A stretch of 61,802 nt of DNA, filler included. It is 5 parts of 5 records of this genome, joined end to end, with 100 filler letters (N's around TTAATTAATTAA, not from the genome) between each part and the next. Parts side by side here need not be neighbours in the genome. Positions count along the whole stretch, not along the records: positions 12,179 to 36,878 come from SRR22947727_3951; 4 more parts are not named here. One strand, written 5' to 3'. Positions 19,267 to 29,463 of the stretch are shown one piece after another (the first letter of the stretch is position 1; each line of letters opens with the position of its first letter). The position numbers and the translations under genes were made by a program. The notes below the pieces were generated by a model. The model worked only from the letters and a program-made list of their open reading frames with translations. It was not told the origin of the DNA and searched no databases.

Positions 19267-20484
19267 ATGGCGGTAACAGCCGATCAAATCAGAGACACAG
19301 CCGTCCGGCTGGACGGGAAAATCATCCGCACACCAATGCTTGAAGCGCCAATGTTATCGCGCAATTTGGGCTGCGAGCTGTTTTTGAAACTGGAATGTTT
19401 ACAGCATACATCATCATTCAAGGCGCGTGGTGCGCTGAATGCAATGCTTGGCTTGAACGATAAACAACGCCAGCTTGGCGTCATTGCCATGTCGGCAGGC
19501 AATCATGCCCAAGCGGTAGCCTATCACGCCGAACATATGGGCATTCCGGCAACCATTGTCATGCCAGCCCAAACTCCCTTTGCCAAAGTGGCACGCACCC
19601 GCGCCTTCGGTGCCAAGGTTGTTCTTGAGGGGCGTAACCTTAATGAATGCGAAGGCACGGTAAATGCGCTTATTCAGGAACATGGCCTGACGCTGATCCA
19701 TCCCTATGACAATGAATTGGTGATGATGGGACAGGGCACGGCCGGTCTGGAAATGCTGATTGATCAGCCTGATCTTGATATTCTTGTTGTGCCAATTGGC
19801 GGTGGTGGCCTGATGGGCGGTATTGCCACAATCGCCCGCGATATGCGCCCTAATATCAAGATTTACGGTGTGCAGACCGAGCTATACCCAAGTATGAAAC
19901 TGGCAGTCGAAGGCAAGGAGATCACCTGTGGTGGTGAAACCCTGGCTGAAGGCATTGCCGTAAAAAAACCAGGCGGTGTTACGCTTCCGGTGGTTGACGC
20001 ATTGGTTGACGAGATTTTACTGGTCGATGAACGCGACCTTGAATGGGCTGTTGGTGCCCTGATTGAACAGCAACGTGTCGTGTCTGAAGGTGCCGGTGCG
20101 GCGGGCATTGCCGCCATTCATGCAAATCCGGCTCTATTTGCCGGTAAAAAGGTTGGCGTGGTGATTTGCGGCGGTAATATTGACCCGCGCCTGCTGGCGT
20201 CGATCTTGAATCGCAACATGGCCGTCGATGGCCGGATTGCGCGGTTGCGTATCGATATTTCCGATGAACCGGGGATGTTAGCGGCGATTTCGACAACGAT
20301 TGGCAAATGTGGTGGCAATATTGTCGAAATCTATCATCAGCGCCTTTTCTATGACGTACCGGCCAAGCTGGCCAAGATTGATGCGGTGATCGAAACGCGA
20401 GGGCCAGATCATGTTGACGAAATTATCGCGGCGCTTCGGGCCGCGTATTTTCAGGTTCGCCAACTCGACGATAGCGCCGGTTAG
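19267..20484 (+). CDS. ilvA: Threonine ammonia-lyase with C-terminal ACT domain
   Basis: SFKARG PLP lysine, SAGNHAQ, PIGGGGL, DEPGML ACT domain. Confidence 0.9.
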   Translation: MAVTADQIRDTAVRLDGKIIRTPMLEAPMLSRNLGCELFLKLECLQHTSSFKARGALNAMLGLNDKQRQLGVIAMSAGNHAQAVAYHAEHMGIPATIVMPAQTPFAKVARTRAFGAKVVLEGRNLNECEGTVNALIQEHGLTLIHPYDNELVMMGQGTAGLEMLIDQPDLDILVVPIGGGGLMGGIATIARDMRPNIKIYGVQTELYPSMKLAVEGKEITCGGETLAEGIAVKKPGGVTLPVVDALVDEILLVDERDLEWAVGALIEQQRVVSEGAGAAGIAAIHANPALFAGKKVGVVICGGNIDPRLLASILNRNMAVDGRIARLRIDISDEPGMLAAISTTIGKCGGNIVEIYHQRLFYDVPAKLAKIDAVIETRGPDHVDEIIAALRAAYFQVRQLDDSAG

Positions 20485-20551
20485 GAAAAATTACCTGATT
20501 TGCATATGATTGACCTTGATTTGGGCTTTGCCTTTTGGGCAATCTATAAAG

Positions 20552-21292
20552 ATGGATCAGGACAAACGGCTTCATCGCAAAATTCCGCTGCCCATGCGCC
20601 TTAGCATGCGCAGTGACTGCCCCTATATTGCGGGACAGACTGAACAGCGTATTGCTGTTGATATTTCCCTTGATCCACATTGCCATGATGGGCTTGCCCG
20701 CGCCGGGTTCCGCCGTGTTGAAAATTGGGTTTATCGACCGGCCTGCCCGAATTGCAATGCCTGTTTGCCGTGGCGCGTGAATGTTGCAGCCTTTAAAGCC
20801 AGCCGGAACATGACGCGCATTCTCAAGAAAAACAGCGATCTGACCCGCAGCATCACAAGACCCGATCCAACCAACGCGCATTACCGGCTATTCAAGGCCT
20901 ATGTCACCAGCCGGCATGATGATGGCCAGATGGCGCGTATGGATCATGATGATTTTACCAGCATGATAAATAACAGCCCGATCGAGACGGTTCTGGTAAG
21001 CCATTATGATAAAAACGACCGCCTCGTCGGCAGCGTTCTGGCCGATTTCCAATCTGACGGGTTAAGTGCCGTTTACAGTTTTTTTGATACCGAACAGGCC
21101 GAACGTTCAATGGGAACCTATATGGTTCTTGATCTTTTCGCGATTGCCAAGGAATTATCTCTTGATTGGCTATATCTTGGCTATTTTGTGCAGGGAAGCC
21201 GCAAAATGGCCTATAAAGAACGTTTCAAGCCTGCTGAAATTTTTGATGCTGGCATCTGGAAACCTGCCGATGATGTTATTCGCCGCTCATGA
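20552..21292 (+). CDS. bpt: Arginyl-tRNA-protein transferase family (Asp/Glu leucyltransferase)
   Basis: CPYI, GFRR..YRP.C..C.AC, LSAVYSFFD, YLGY..KM.YK.RF.P. Confidence 0.88.
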   Translation: MDQDKRLHRKIPLPMRLSMRSDCPYIAGQTEQRIAVDISLDPHCHDGLARAGFRRVENWVYRPACPNCNACLPWRVNVAAFKASRNMTRILKKNSDLTRSITRPDPTNAHYRLFKAYVTSRHDDGQMARMDHDDFTSMINNSPIETVLVSHYDKNDRLVGSVLADFQSDGLSAVYSFFDTEQAERSMGTYMVLDLFAIAKELSLDWLYLGYFVQGSRKMAYKERFKPAEIFDAGIWKPADDVIRRS

Positions 21293-21321
21293 ATAACAGC
21301 ACCCACCCATAGGAGAGCATT

Positions 21322-22140
21322 GTGGCGACATCTTTTGAACAATTGCGCCAAGACGACCAGCTTGCCGTTCGCTCCAAAATCCGGTCAGGTGCCTATTGCG
21401 ATCATACATCAGGGCTTGCCAATGGCTTTTTGCAGGCAAATCTTGTCATTCTTGAGCAGTCATATGCGCTTGATTTCATGCGGTTTTGCCAGCGCAATCC
21501 AAAACCCTGCCCGCTTGTTGGCGTTACCGATACGGGATCGCCCTTTATGCGAACATTAGGTGCTGATATTGATATCAGGTCAGATGTGCCGTCATATCAT
21601 ATTTATCGTCATGGCGTTCTGGATGGCACCGTCGGCGATATTACCGATTTGTGGAATGACCAGATGGTTGGTTTTGCGCTTGGATGCTCATTCACCTTTG
21701 AACATGCTTTAATCCGCGCCGGAATCCCAGTTTGGCATATTGATCATGACCAAACGGTGCCGATGTTCAAAACCAACATCAAAACCATTGAATCCGGTCC
21801 TTTTTCAGGGCCAATGGTGGTCAGCATGCGCGCCATCCCGATTGATAAGCTGGATATGGTTCGCGCCATTTCAGCCAATTTTCCAATGGCGCATGGCGCA
21901 CCGGTTCATTGGGGCGATCCTGCAGAAATTGGCATTGCCGATCTCAATGCGCCCGATTGGGGTGACGCATCGCCGGTTGATGATGGTGAAATTGCGGTTT
22001 TCTGGGCTTGTGGCGTGACACCGCAAGCGGCGATTCTTCATGCGAAGCCGCCAATTTCCATAACGCATAAGCCGGGTCAGATGCTGATCACCGATGTTGC
22101 TGAAGATGCCGAAATTCCGATTATAAATCCGGCAAATTAA
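21322..22140 (+). CDS. DUF1445 putative hydro-lyase (D-glutamate cyclase family)
   Basis: FCQRNPKPCPL, GCSFTFE, VVSMR, HGAPVHWGDP, FWACGVTPQ. Confidence 0.9.
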   Translation: MATSFEQLRQDDQLAVRSKIRSGAYCDHTSGLANGFLQANLVILEQSYALDFMRFCQRNPKPCPLVGVTDTGSPFMRTLGADIDIRSDVPSYHIYRHGVLDGTVGDITDLWNDQMVGFALGCSFTFEHALIRAGIPVWHIDHDQTVPMFKTNIKTIESGPFSGPMVVSMRAIPIDKLDMVRAISANFPMAHGAPVHWGDPAEIGIADLNAPDWGDASPVDDGEIAVFWACGVTPQAAILHAKPPISITHKPGQMLITDVAEDAEIPIINPAN

Positions 22141-22200
22141 CCAGCAAAGACGTTGGCATGTCCTGTTTTTAGTTAATTTCTGGCGTTAATTTTCAGCTAC

Positions 22201-22264
22201 TTAGATGAATGTTATCCTAGGTGAATTTAGCTTTAGGTGAATTTAGCTTTAAGTAAATTTAGCT
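22201..22264 (-). repeat. Four tandem 16-bp copies of the parC 3' end
   Basis: AGCTAAATTTACTTAA / AGCTAAATTCACCTAA / AGCTAAATTCACCTAG / GATAACATTCATCTAA. Confidence 0.9.
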
Positions 22265-24471
22265 GGGCGCGGAAAGCCATTTGGCGGCAATTTGCCCGAA
22301 CCGCCACGCCGTGCCAGCCATGTCGACAAATCAGGTTCGGTGCGAACACGCCCGCCACCAGCCTGCCAGCTAAGACCTTTGGCTTTATCAAACACCATAA
22401 CATCGGCAAGACCACCATCTTTGAACCGCTGCAGAATAACGCCTTTGCCGCGTCCCATTTCCGGCACTTCTTCAAGGTCGAAAACAATCAATTTTCTGTT
22501 TACACCAACCGACGCCACCATATCACCAGCAACGATGGCACAAGCAACAGCCCGGGCTGATCCGCTAAGATTTAGCACCTGTTTGCCATTTCGCGTTTGA
22601 GCCAAAGCCCCTTGCATATCAACAACAAGACCATGGCCGGTGCTTGCCGCGACAAGCATTTTGCCATCACCAGCACGAACCAGCTTGACGATATCGCTAT
22701 CTGCCGGAAGATCGACCATCAAACTGACCGGCTCGCCAAATCCGCGCCCCCGCGGTAATTTATCGCCTGACAGCGTGTAAAACCGGCCATTATCGGCAAA
22801 AAGCAGGATTTTATCAGTCGTTTCAGCATGCAGAACATGGCCTGCTGAATCGCCTTCTTTATATTTGAAATCGCTATCGAGATCCTGATGGCCGCGCATG
22901 GCTCTAATCCAGCCATTTGCCGAACAAATCACCGTAATTGCTTCACGCTCAACCAGAATTTCGGTTGGATCAAAATCAATTTTAGGTGCCTCGGCAAGAA
23001 TGGTCTTGCGATGATCAGCCTTGATAAAGGTATCTTTCATATCTTTGATCTGGCTGGCGATGAATGACCATTGCCGTGCCTCATCACCAAGAAGTGCGTT
23101 CAAATCATCCTGTTCAGCCGCCAGCTTGTCACGCTCGGTGCGGAGCGCCATTTCTTCAAGCCGCCGCAAAGAACGAAGCCGCATATCAAGAACGGCATTG
23201 GCCTGATTTTCATTCAAACCAAACCGGCGCATCAATTCATCCCTCGGATGATCGGCCTCACGAATAATCGCAATCACTTCGTCAATATTCAAAAAGACGA
23301 TCAAATAGCCGTCAAGCACTTCAAGCCGGCTGGCGATCTTTCCAAGACGATGATGCGATCTGCGCTGCAAAACGACACGGCGATGCGCGAGCCATGCGTT
23401 CAGCGCCTCACGCAAATTCATCACCACCGGACGGCCATCTGCATCCAAAACATTGAGGTTCAGCGGAATCCGCACTTCAAAATCGGTAAGTTTGAATAGG
23501 CTTTCCATCACCACTTCGGCTTCGAGCCGACGGGATTTTGGCTCAAGAACAATGCGGATATCTTCAGCCGACTCGTCACGAATATCGGCTAACACTGGCA
23601 GGCGTTTCGCCTGTAACATTTCGGCAAGACGTTCGATCAGGCGTGATTTTTGAACCTGATAGGGAATTTCGGTTACGACAATTTGCCATGCCCCGCCCTT
23701 TTCGGTTTCAACCTCCCATTTCGCCCTTACCCGAAAGCCACCACGCCCCGTTGAATAGGCGTCTTTGATCGAACCCGCAGGTTCAATCAACAGGCCACCA
23801 GTCGGAAAATCGGGGCCTTTGACATAATTCAGCAAGGTTTCAATTGATGCGTTGGGATGTTTGATAAGATGCAATGAAGCATCGGCAAGTTCGATAATAT
23901 TATGCGGCGGAATTGATGTTGCCATGCCAACCGCAATCCCCTGCGCGCCATTGGCAAGAAGATTTGGAATGCCCGCAGGAAGCAAGGTTGGTTCTTCGGA
24001 CTCGCCATCATAAGTTGGCCGGAAATCAACCGCATCTTCGTCAATACCATCCAGCAACAGACGCGCGACTTCGGTCATGCGTGCCTCGGTATAGCGCATC
24101 GCCGCAGCGTTATCGCCATCAATATTACCGAAATTCCCCTGCCCTTCGACAAGGCAATAGCGCATGGCAAATTCCTGTGCCAACCGCACCATCGCATCAT
24201 AAATAGCTGCATCGCCATGCGGATGGAATTTACCCATCACGTCACCAACAACACGCGCTGATTTCTTAAAACCCTGACCCGGATCAAGCTTTAGCTGGCG
24301 CATCGCAAATAACAGACGGCGGTGTACCGGCTTTAACCCGTCCCTGACATCGGGAAGCGACCGCGATGTGATGGTTGACAATGCATAGGCAAGATAGCGT
24401 TCCGATAAGGCGTCGGAAAACGCGGTCGGTTCAATACGCCCGCCGGCGGGAATTTCAACATCATCATGCAT
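22249..24471 (-). CDS. parC: DNA topoisomerase IV subunit A
   Basis: YLAYALSTI, DGLKPVHRR, FHPHGDAAIY, AAMRYTEA; no GyrA box. Confidence 0.95.
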   Translation of the reverse strand: MHDDVEIPAGGRIEPTAFSDALSERYLAYALSTITSRSLPDVRDGLKPVHRRLLFAMRQLKLDPGQGFKKSARVVGDVMGKFHPHGDAAIYDAMVRLAQEFAMRYCLVEGQGNFGNIDGDNAAAMRYTEARMTEVARLLLDGIDEDAVDFRPTYDGESEEPTLLPAGIPNLLANGAQGIAVGMATSIPPHNIIELADASLHLIKHPNASIETLLNYVKGPDFPTGGLLIEPAGSIKDAYSTGRGGFRVRAKWEVETEKGGAWQIVVTEIPYQVQKSRLIERLAEMLQAKRLPVLADIRDESAEDIRIVLEPKSRRLEAEVVMESLFKLTDFEVRIPLNLNVLDADGRPVVMNLREALNAWLAHRRVVLQRRSHHRLGKIASRLEVLDGYLIVFLNIDEVIAIIREADHPRDELMRRFGLNENQANAVLDMRLRSLRRLEEMALRTERDKLAAEQDDLNALLGDEARQWSFIASQIKDMKDTFIKADHRKTILAEAPKIDFDPTEILVEREAITVICSANGWIRAMRGHQDLDSDFKYKEGDSAGHVLHAETTDKILLFADNGRFYTLSGDKLPRGRGFGEPVSLMVDLPADSDIVKLVRAGDGKMLVAASTGHGLVVDMQGALAQTRNGKQVLNLSGSARAVACAIVAGDMVASVGVNRKLIVFDLEEVPEMGRGKGVILQRFKDGGLADVMVFDKAKGLSWQAGGGRVRTEPDLSTWLARRGGSGKLPPNGFPRPAKFT

Positions 24472-24491
24472 AAAACAGCCTCATCACTTCA

Positions 24492-25232
24492 TCATTTGCC
24501 GTTATAGCGACTATCAACCATATCGGCTAGCCGTTTACGCTGGGCGGGCAGGTCTAAATTATGCGCGGCGAAAACACGCTTGGACAGAAAATGGCCAGTC
24601 AAATCCAAACCGGCAATCCAATCATGTTTACCGCAGGAAACGCCGCCCAAAAACATCGGCAAAGCCAGCATCCGGCTGGCAAAGCTGCCAGCTTGATGAC
24701 GCGCCACCGCACCGCCTGATTTCGGGCTGACAAACGCCAGATCACCGGTCTGACCGCTGGCAACACATCTGGCAAGATCAAGCCGGTACCCGACCGCCGC
24801 CAGCAGTCCTAATTCCCAACGAACATAACCTTCGACCCAGCCAAAATTATCATCATCTAGGACAATCACATCCAAAAGTGCCGCACTGCCCTCAAAAAGC
24901 CCCGGTTGCGCCTCACGTTCGGGAAGCGCCCCATCAAGCAAGGCACACATTGACGCCACGCCAGATAACCGCAAAGGCGAATCCAGCAACAAAGCTGGCA
25001 CGGATTGAATCAATTCAATCCGCATTTGTCCCAATTGTTCGCTTAGCCGCGCCCGCCAGCTAACCCGAACCCGATTTCCCGGTTGCATAATGCCGCGCAT
25101 CTTTGATGACGCGCCGCCTCGCACCAATCCGGCATGCCGCCCATAATCGGCGGTTAGAACCGATATAACGGCACTGCCCTCGCCATGCGGGCGAACCGAC
25201 AGAATGATGGCTTCGGCTTGCCAATCAGGCAT
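24492..25232 (-). CDS. recO: DNA repair protein RecO
   Basis: W..EAIILSVRPHGE..GRHAGLVRGG..QPGN; LPERE; VSPKSG.AV; follows era. Confidence 0.93.
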   Translation of the reverse strand: MPDWQAEAIILSVRPHGEGSAVISVLTADYGRHAGLVRGGASSKMRGIMQPGNRVRVSWRARLSEQLGQMRIELIQSVPALLLDSPLRLSGVASMCALLDGALPEREAQPGLFEGSAALLDVIVLDDDNFGWVEGYVRWELGLLAAVGYRLDLARCVASGQTGDLAFVSPKSGGAVARHQAGSFASRMLALPMFLGGVSCGKHDWIAGLDLTGHFLSKRVFAAHNLDLPAQRKRLADMVDSRYNGK

Positions 25233-26175
25233 TATAGTCAAGATCCCACAGATTATAGCGCGCCGAATCATCCATCCAATCTTTGCGATATTTCACATGC
25301 GCGAACAGATGCACGCGGCGGTCAAGCGCTTCTTCCAGCTCTTTACGCGCTGCGGTGCCGATGCGGCGCATGGTTTGCCCGCCCTTGCCAAGGATGATGC
25401 CGCGATGGCCTTCACGCGCAACATAGATGGACAAATGCACTTCAGCACTGCCATCGTCGCGATCTTGCCAATCTTCGGTTTCAACAGTCAGTTGATAGGG
25501 CAATTCCTGATGAAGATTCAAAAACAATTTTTCGCGCAAGGTTTCCGCCGCCAAAAGCCGTAGCGGCATATCCGACAAATCATCAGGATCAAACAGAAAC
25601 GGGCTTTTGGGCATTTTGCCAGCAAGCCATGATTTCAGGTCAGTAACGCCATTACCGGTTTCGGCTGATACCATGAAGATACGTTCAAATTCATAGATTT
25701 TGGACATTTCATCGGCGCGTTCCAGCAACCGTTCCTGTGGTGCCAGATCAATTTTATTCAAAACCAGCGACGCCCGCCGTCCTGATGCGGCAAGCTTGGT
25801 GAGGATATTGCTTGTATCCTCATCAATCAGCCGCCGCGCACAATCATGCAGCAGCAGCAATACATCACCATCTTCAGCGCCTTGCCAAGCGGCCTGCACC
25901 ATTGCCCGATCAAGCCGCCGTTTTGGTGTAAAAATGCCCGGCGTATCAACAAAAATCATCTGCACATTTTGATGCATGGCAATGCCCCGAATACGGCTTC
26001 GGGTGGTTTGCACCTTTGGTGTTACGATCGACACTTTATGGCCGACCATCGCATTCATTAACGTTGATTTTCCCGCGTTTGGCGCACCAATCAAAGCAAC
26101 GAATCCGGCTTTAGTTTCGGTGGGCGTGAAATCGGTTGCCGGCGTGGTTTCGTTGGTCTCATTTTGATCGGTCAT
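25225..26175 (-). CDS. era: GTPase Era
   Basis: GAPNAGKST, QTTR, DTPG, NKID, KH domain ILGKGG. Confidence 0.96.
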   Translation of the reverse strand: MTDQNETNETTPATDFTPTETKAGFVALIGAPNAGKSTLMNAMVGHKVSIVTPKVQTTRSRIRGIAMHQNVQMIFVDTPGIFTPKRRLDRAMVQAAWQGAEDGDVLLLLHDCARRLIDEDTSNILTKLAASGRRASLVLNKIDLAPQERLLERADEMSKIYEFERIFMVSAETGNGVTDLKSWLAGKMPKSPFLFDPDDLSDMPLRLLAAETLREKLFLNLHQELPYQLTVETEDWQDRDDGSAEVHLSIYVAREGHRGIILGKGGQTMRRIGTAARKELEEALDRRVHLFAHVKYRKDWMDDSARYNLWDLDYNA

Positions 26176-26852
26176 AAATCCGAAGTCCTTTCTTGCAGCA
26201 ATTCCAGCAAGGATGCTGCTGCGGTTTGTTCGGCGATTTTACGGCTGCCAGCTGTGGCCACGACCGCGTCATAACCCTCTATTTTCACTTCATATGTCAT
26301 TTGTGGTGCGTGATCAGGGCCAGATTTCGTCAATTGGCGATAGGCTGGCAGTCCCAGACCATGCTGCAGGCTCCATTCCTGCAATTTCGATTTGGCATCT
26401 TTTTCATTTTGGGCATCGGCGCGGCTATTCAACGGCCAATGCCGGTTCAAAAACTTTCGCGCCGCCTCTAATCCCGCATCAAGATAGATTGCCGCCATCA
26501 GGCTTTCGACAACATCGGCCATAACGCCATCATTGCCAGCAATATCCAGCCCACTTTGCGATTTTATATAATCGGCAAGCTGCAAATTCTTGGCAATCGC
26601 CGCCAAAGTCGACATCCGCGCCTCGCCGTGAAGCCGCAAGGATAACGCGCCTTCATCATCCTGCGGAAAAGCAGCATAGAAATGATCCGCCAGCAAAAGC
26701 CCTAGAACGCGATCGCCCAGAAATTCGAGACGTTCATAACTATGCTCGGACTCAATGTGACTTGAGTGGCTTAATGCCTCATGCAGGATATTGCGGTCGG
26801 CAAATTGATGACCTATCGATGTTTCAAGCATTGCAAGCGGGTCAATAGTCAT
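26172..26852 (-). CDS. rnc: Ribonuclease III
   Basis: YERLEFLGDRVLG; KDAKSKLQE dsRNA-binding domain. Confidence 0.96.
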   Translation of the reverse strand: MTIDPLAMLETSIGHQFADRNILHEALSHSSHIESEHSYERLEFLGDRVLGLLLADHFYAAFPQDDEGALSLRLHGEARMSTLAAIAKNLQLADYIKSQSGLDIAGNDGVMADVVESLMAAIYLDAGLEAARKFLNRHWPLNSRADAQNEKDAKSKLQEWSLQHGLGLPAYRQLTKSGPDHAPQMTYEVKIEGYDAVVATAGSRKIAEQTAAASLLELLQERTSDL

Positions 26853-27601
26853 TAAATGATGCCATCTCCAATGCGGCCATAACGAATTGCAAAAGGCCAT
26901 TTCCAGATTTCCCAGAGGCGGGCATTGCCTTTATGGCTGAAAAACAGACGATCGGCTCGACCGACCATATTTTCAGCAGGCACCATCCCAACCGAGGTTG
27001 TGCGGCTATCACGCGAATTGTCGCGATTATCGCCCATCATGAAATAATGCCCATCAGGCACTTGATAAACGGCCGTGTTATCATAAGAATCGCTATCTGA
27101 ACGTTCTTGGATTAAATGCCGCGATCCGTTTGGCAAGGTTTCTTCATAAACCTTGAAATTCATCATTGAATAGCCGTCAGTCGCGGTTGCTTGGCCTAGA
27201 TAGGTGCGCTCAACTGGCACGCCATTGATATGCAGAATGCCGCCCTGAACCTGAATTTGATCACCGGGAAGGCCAACAACGCGCTTGATAAAGGCGATTG
27301 ATGGATCCGTTGGCTGGCGAAAGACCGCAACATCGCCGCGTTCTGGCTTATCTTCAAAAATCCGGCCGGAAAAAGGCGCAATCCCGAACGGAAAGGAATA
27401 ACGCGAATAGCCATAGGAAAATTTTGAGACAAATAAATAATCACCAACAAGCAAAGTAGGCACCATTGACCCTGACGGAATATTAAACGGCTCGAAAAGG
27501 AATGACCGAAAGCCAAGCGCAATCAGGCCAGCGATCAGAACGGTTTTCACAAGCTCGAACTTGCTTTCTTTTTGCTTTTTAGCCATTAGGGTTTGATCCA
27601 T
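26852..27601 (-). CDS. lepB: Signal peptidase I
   Basis: IPSGSM.PTL, FIKRVVGLPGD, MGDNRDNS.DSR. Confidence 0.96.
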   Translation of the reverse strand: MDQTLMAKKQKESKFELVKTVLIAGLIALGFRSFLFEPFNIPSGSMVPTLLVGDYLFVSKFSYGYSRYSFPFGIAPFSGRIFEDKPERGDVAVFRQPTDPSIAFIKRVVGLPGDQIQVQGGILHINGVPVERTYLGQATATDGYSMMNFKVYEETLPNGSRHLIQERSDSDSYDNTAVYQVPDGHYFMMGDNRDNSRDSRTTSVGMVPAENMVGRADRLFFSHKGNARLWEIWKWPFAIRYGRIGDGII

Positions 27602-27999
27602 TCAGCCGGTACGGCGCTAATCACAATAAATGCCAAAGCATAGGGAGGCTCGTCGCTTAGCGACACTGATAGACCTGCCTTATACCCATCCGGCGTCATT
27701 GTCTCAAGCGCCGTTTTGCAGCGACCGGTCAAATTGACCTTTGGCGCCCCATTTGGTGCCGACAGGGTTTCTGCCTCACGCCAGCCACAGCCTGTTACAC
27801 CTGAGACGCTAAGCGCCTTATAGACCGCCTCTTTCACCGCAAAACGCTTGGCAAAATAGCTAGCTTGATCGCTGGAGTCTTTGGCGGCGGTTATTTCAGC
27901 TTCGGAAAAAATGCGTTTGGCAAATTTATCGGGATGCCGATCCATCGCGGCTTGGATACGCCGCGCATCAACAATATCGGTGCCAATTCCAAGGATCAT
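27586..27999 (-). CDS. acpS: Holo-ACP synthase
   Basis: GIGTDIV, AKRFAVKEA.YKA, SLSDE. Confidence 0.95.
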   Translation of the reverse strand: MILGIGTDIVDARRIQAAMDRHPDKFAKRIFSEAEITAAKDSSDQASYFAKRFAVKEAVYKALSVSGVTGCGWREAETLSAPNGAPKVNLTGRCKTALETMTPDGYKAGLSVSLSDEPPYALAFIVISAVPAEWIKP

Positions 28000-28757
28000 G
28001 GGTTTTTCCGGTGGCGATCATCATTGCGGGCAGCATTCATCAATTGGCGCATTTTGACGATCGCGGCCTCTAACCCGCAAAAAACACTCTCGCCAATCAA
28101 GAAATGGCCGATATTCAATTCTTCCATTTCCGCAATCGCCGCAATCGGCCCTACCGTGTCAAAGCCGAGACCATGACCAGCATGGGTTTCGATGCCAAGG
28201 CTGGCGCTATGGCGTGCGGCAAGTTGAATGCGGCTTAATTCGGCTTCACGGCCAGCGACATCATGGCAATAGCGGCCAGTGTGAAGCTCGACAATATCTG
28301 CGCCAATCTGGTTTGCCGCGTCAATATCAGCCCGGTTCGCCTCAATGAATAGCGACAGGCGAATGCCCGCTTCCTTCAACGGCGCCAACATATCGGCAAG
28401 CCGGTCTTCCTGCCCGACAACGGACAACCCACCTTCGGTGGTCACTTCGGTGCGGCGTTCGGGAACAATACAAGCGGCGTTTGGTTTTGTTTTCAGGGCG
28501 ATGGCCACCATTTCACTAGTAGCCGCCATTTCAAAATTCAATGGCACATCAATTGCCTTGCGGATGGCGGCAATATCTTCATCGCGGATATGACGGCGAT
28601 CCTCGCGAAGATGCGCCGTAATACCGTCAGCGCCGGCCTTAATGGCTAATTCTGCGGCGGCAACCGGATCAGGATGTGCCCCGCCCCGTGCATTGCGCAA
28701 AGTTGCAACATGATCAATATTCACGCCAAGGCGTAATAGCTTTAAACTGTCTGACAA
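27996..28757 (-). CDS. pdxJ: Pyridoxine 5'-phosphate synthase
   Basis: LGVNIDHVATLRNAR, HLREDRRHI, TTEGG, HAGHGL, ELNIGH. Confidence 0.97.
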   Translation of the reverse strand: MSDSLKLLRLGVNIDHVATLRNARGGAHPDPVAAAELAIKAGADGITAHLREDRRHIRDEDIAAIRKAIDVPLNFEMAATSEMVAIALKTKPNAACIVPERRTEVTTEGGLSVVGQEDRLADMLAPLKEAGIRLSLFIEANRADIDAANQIGADIVELHTGRYCHDVAGREAELSRIQLAARHSASLGIETHAGHGLGFDTVGPIAAIAEMEELNIGHFLIGESVFCGLEAAIVKMRQLMNAARNDDRHRKNP

Positions 28758-28796
28758 AATATCCTCATCATTCCCAAATCACATAAATAACCACAT

Positions 28797-29432
28797 TTAG
28801 CGGTTTGGATCAGCCGCTTTTTTGGCACCTGCTGCCCGTTGCGCCGCTTTCAATAACCGTTTTGCCCGATGTAGCCGCCAGCCCTTTACCGCCCATACGG
28901 TCAGTATGAACGAGCTGACCCATGCAATTGCGCCAAGAACCGTACCACCAATCAGCATTGGCATGAACACTTGCTCAATATCGCGCGATAAATCCGCCCA
29001 AGAGATATGTCCAGTAAAGGACAGAAACCGCATGATATTGCCCATGATGGCACCAAGCTCGTCAATCGACAGAACTTGCAGATCAGCCCCATGGCCAAAG
29101 GCATGGAGAACCCACAAACCAACCTCATAATCAGCAAGCCAGATCAGAATAAAGGTCCATGGATTGCCAAAAAAAGTACCAATCGCCGAGGCCAAAACAT
29201 TGCCGCGAAACAACATTGCAAGCGCGCCAGCAAGAATGAAATGCAGCCCCAAAAACGGCGTGAAAGACGCAGCAACACCGCTGGCAAAACCGCTGGCAAT
29301 CGAAGCCGGCGTTCCGGGAAGTCTGATAATCCGCTGAAAAAGATAGGAAAAAAGCCGCCGAAACCCACGCTCCGGCCAAATCACAGCGCGCATTTGTTTT
29401 AAAACACTCAATGGTTTACGACGTCGAAACAT
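28797..29432 (-). CDS. DUF2062 membrane protein
   Basis: MFRRR..WP..G..R..RLPGTP.SIA.GFA.G..FTP..GNPWT. Confidence 0.85.
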   Translation of the reverse strand: MFRRRKPLSVLKQMRAVIWPERGFRRLFSYLFQRIIRLPGTPASIASGFASGVAASFTPFLGLHFILAGALAMLFRGNVLASAIGTFFGNPWTFILIWLADYEVGLWVLHAFGHGADLQVLSIDELGAIMGNIMRFLSFTGHISWADLSRDIEQVFMPMLIGGTVLGAIAWVSSFILTVWAVKGWRLHRAKRLLKAAQRAAGAKKAADPNR

Positions 29433-29463
29433 CTTAGCTACCCATAAATTAGCAAGCCCAAGC

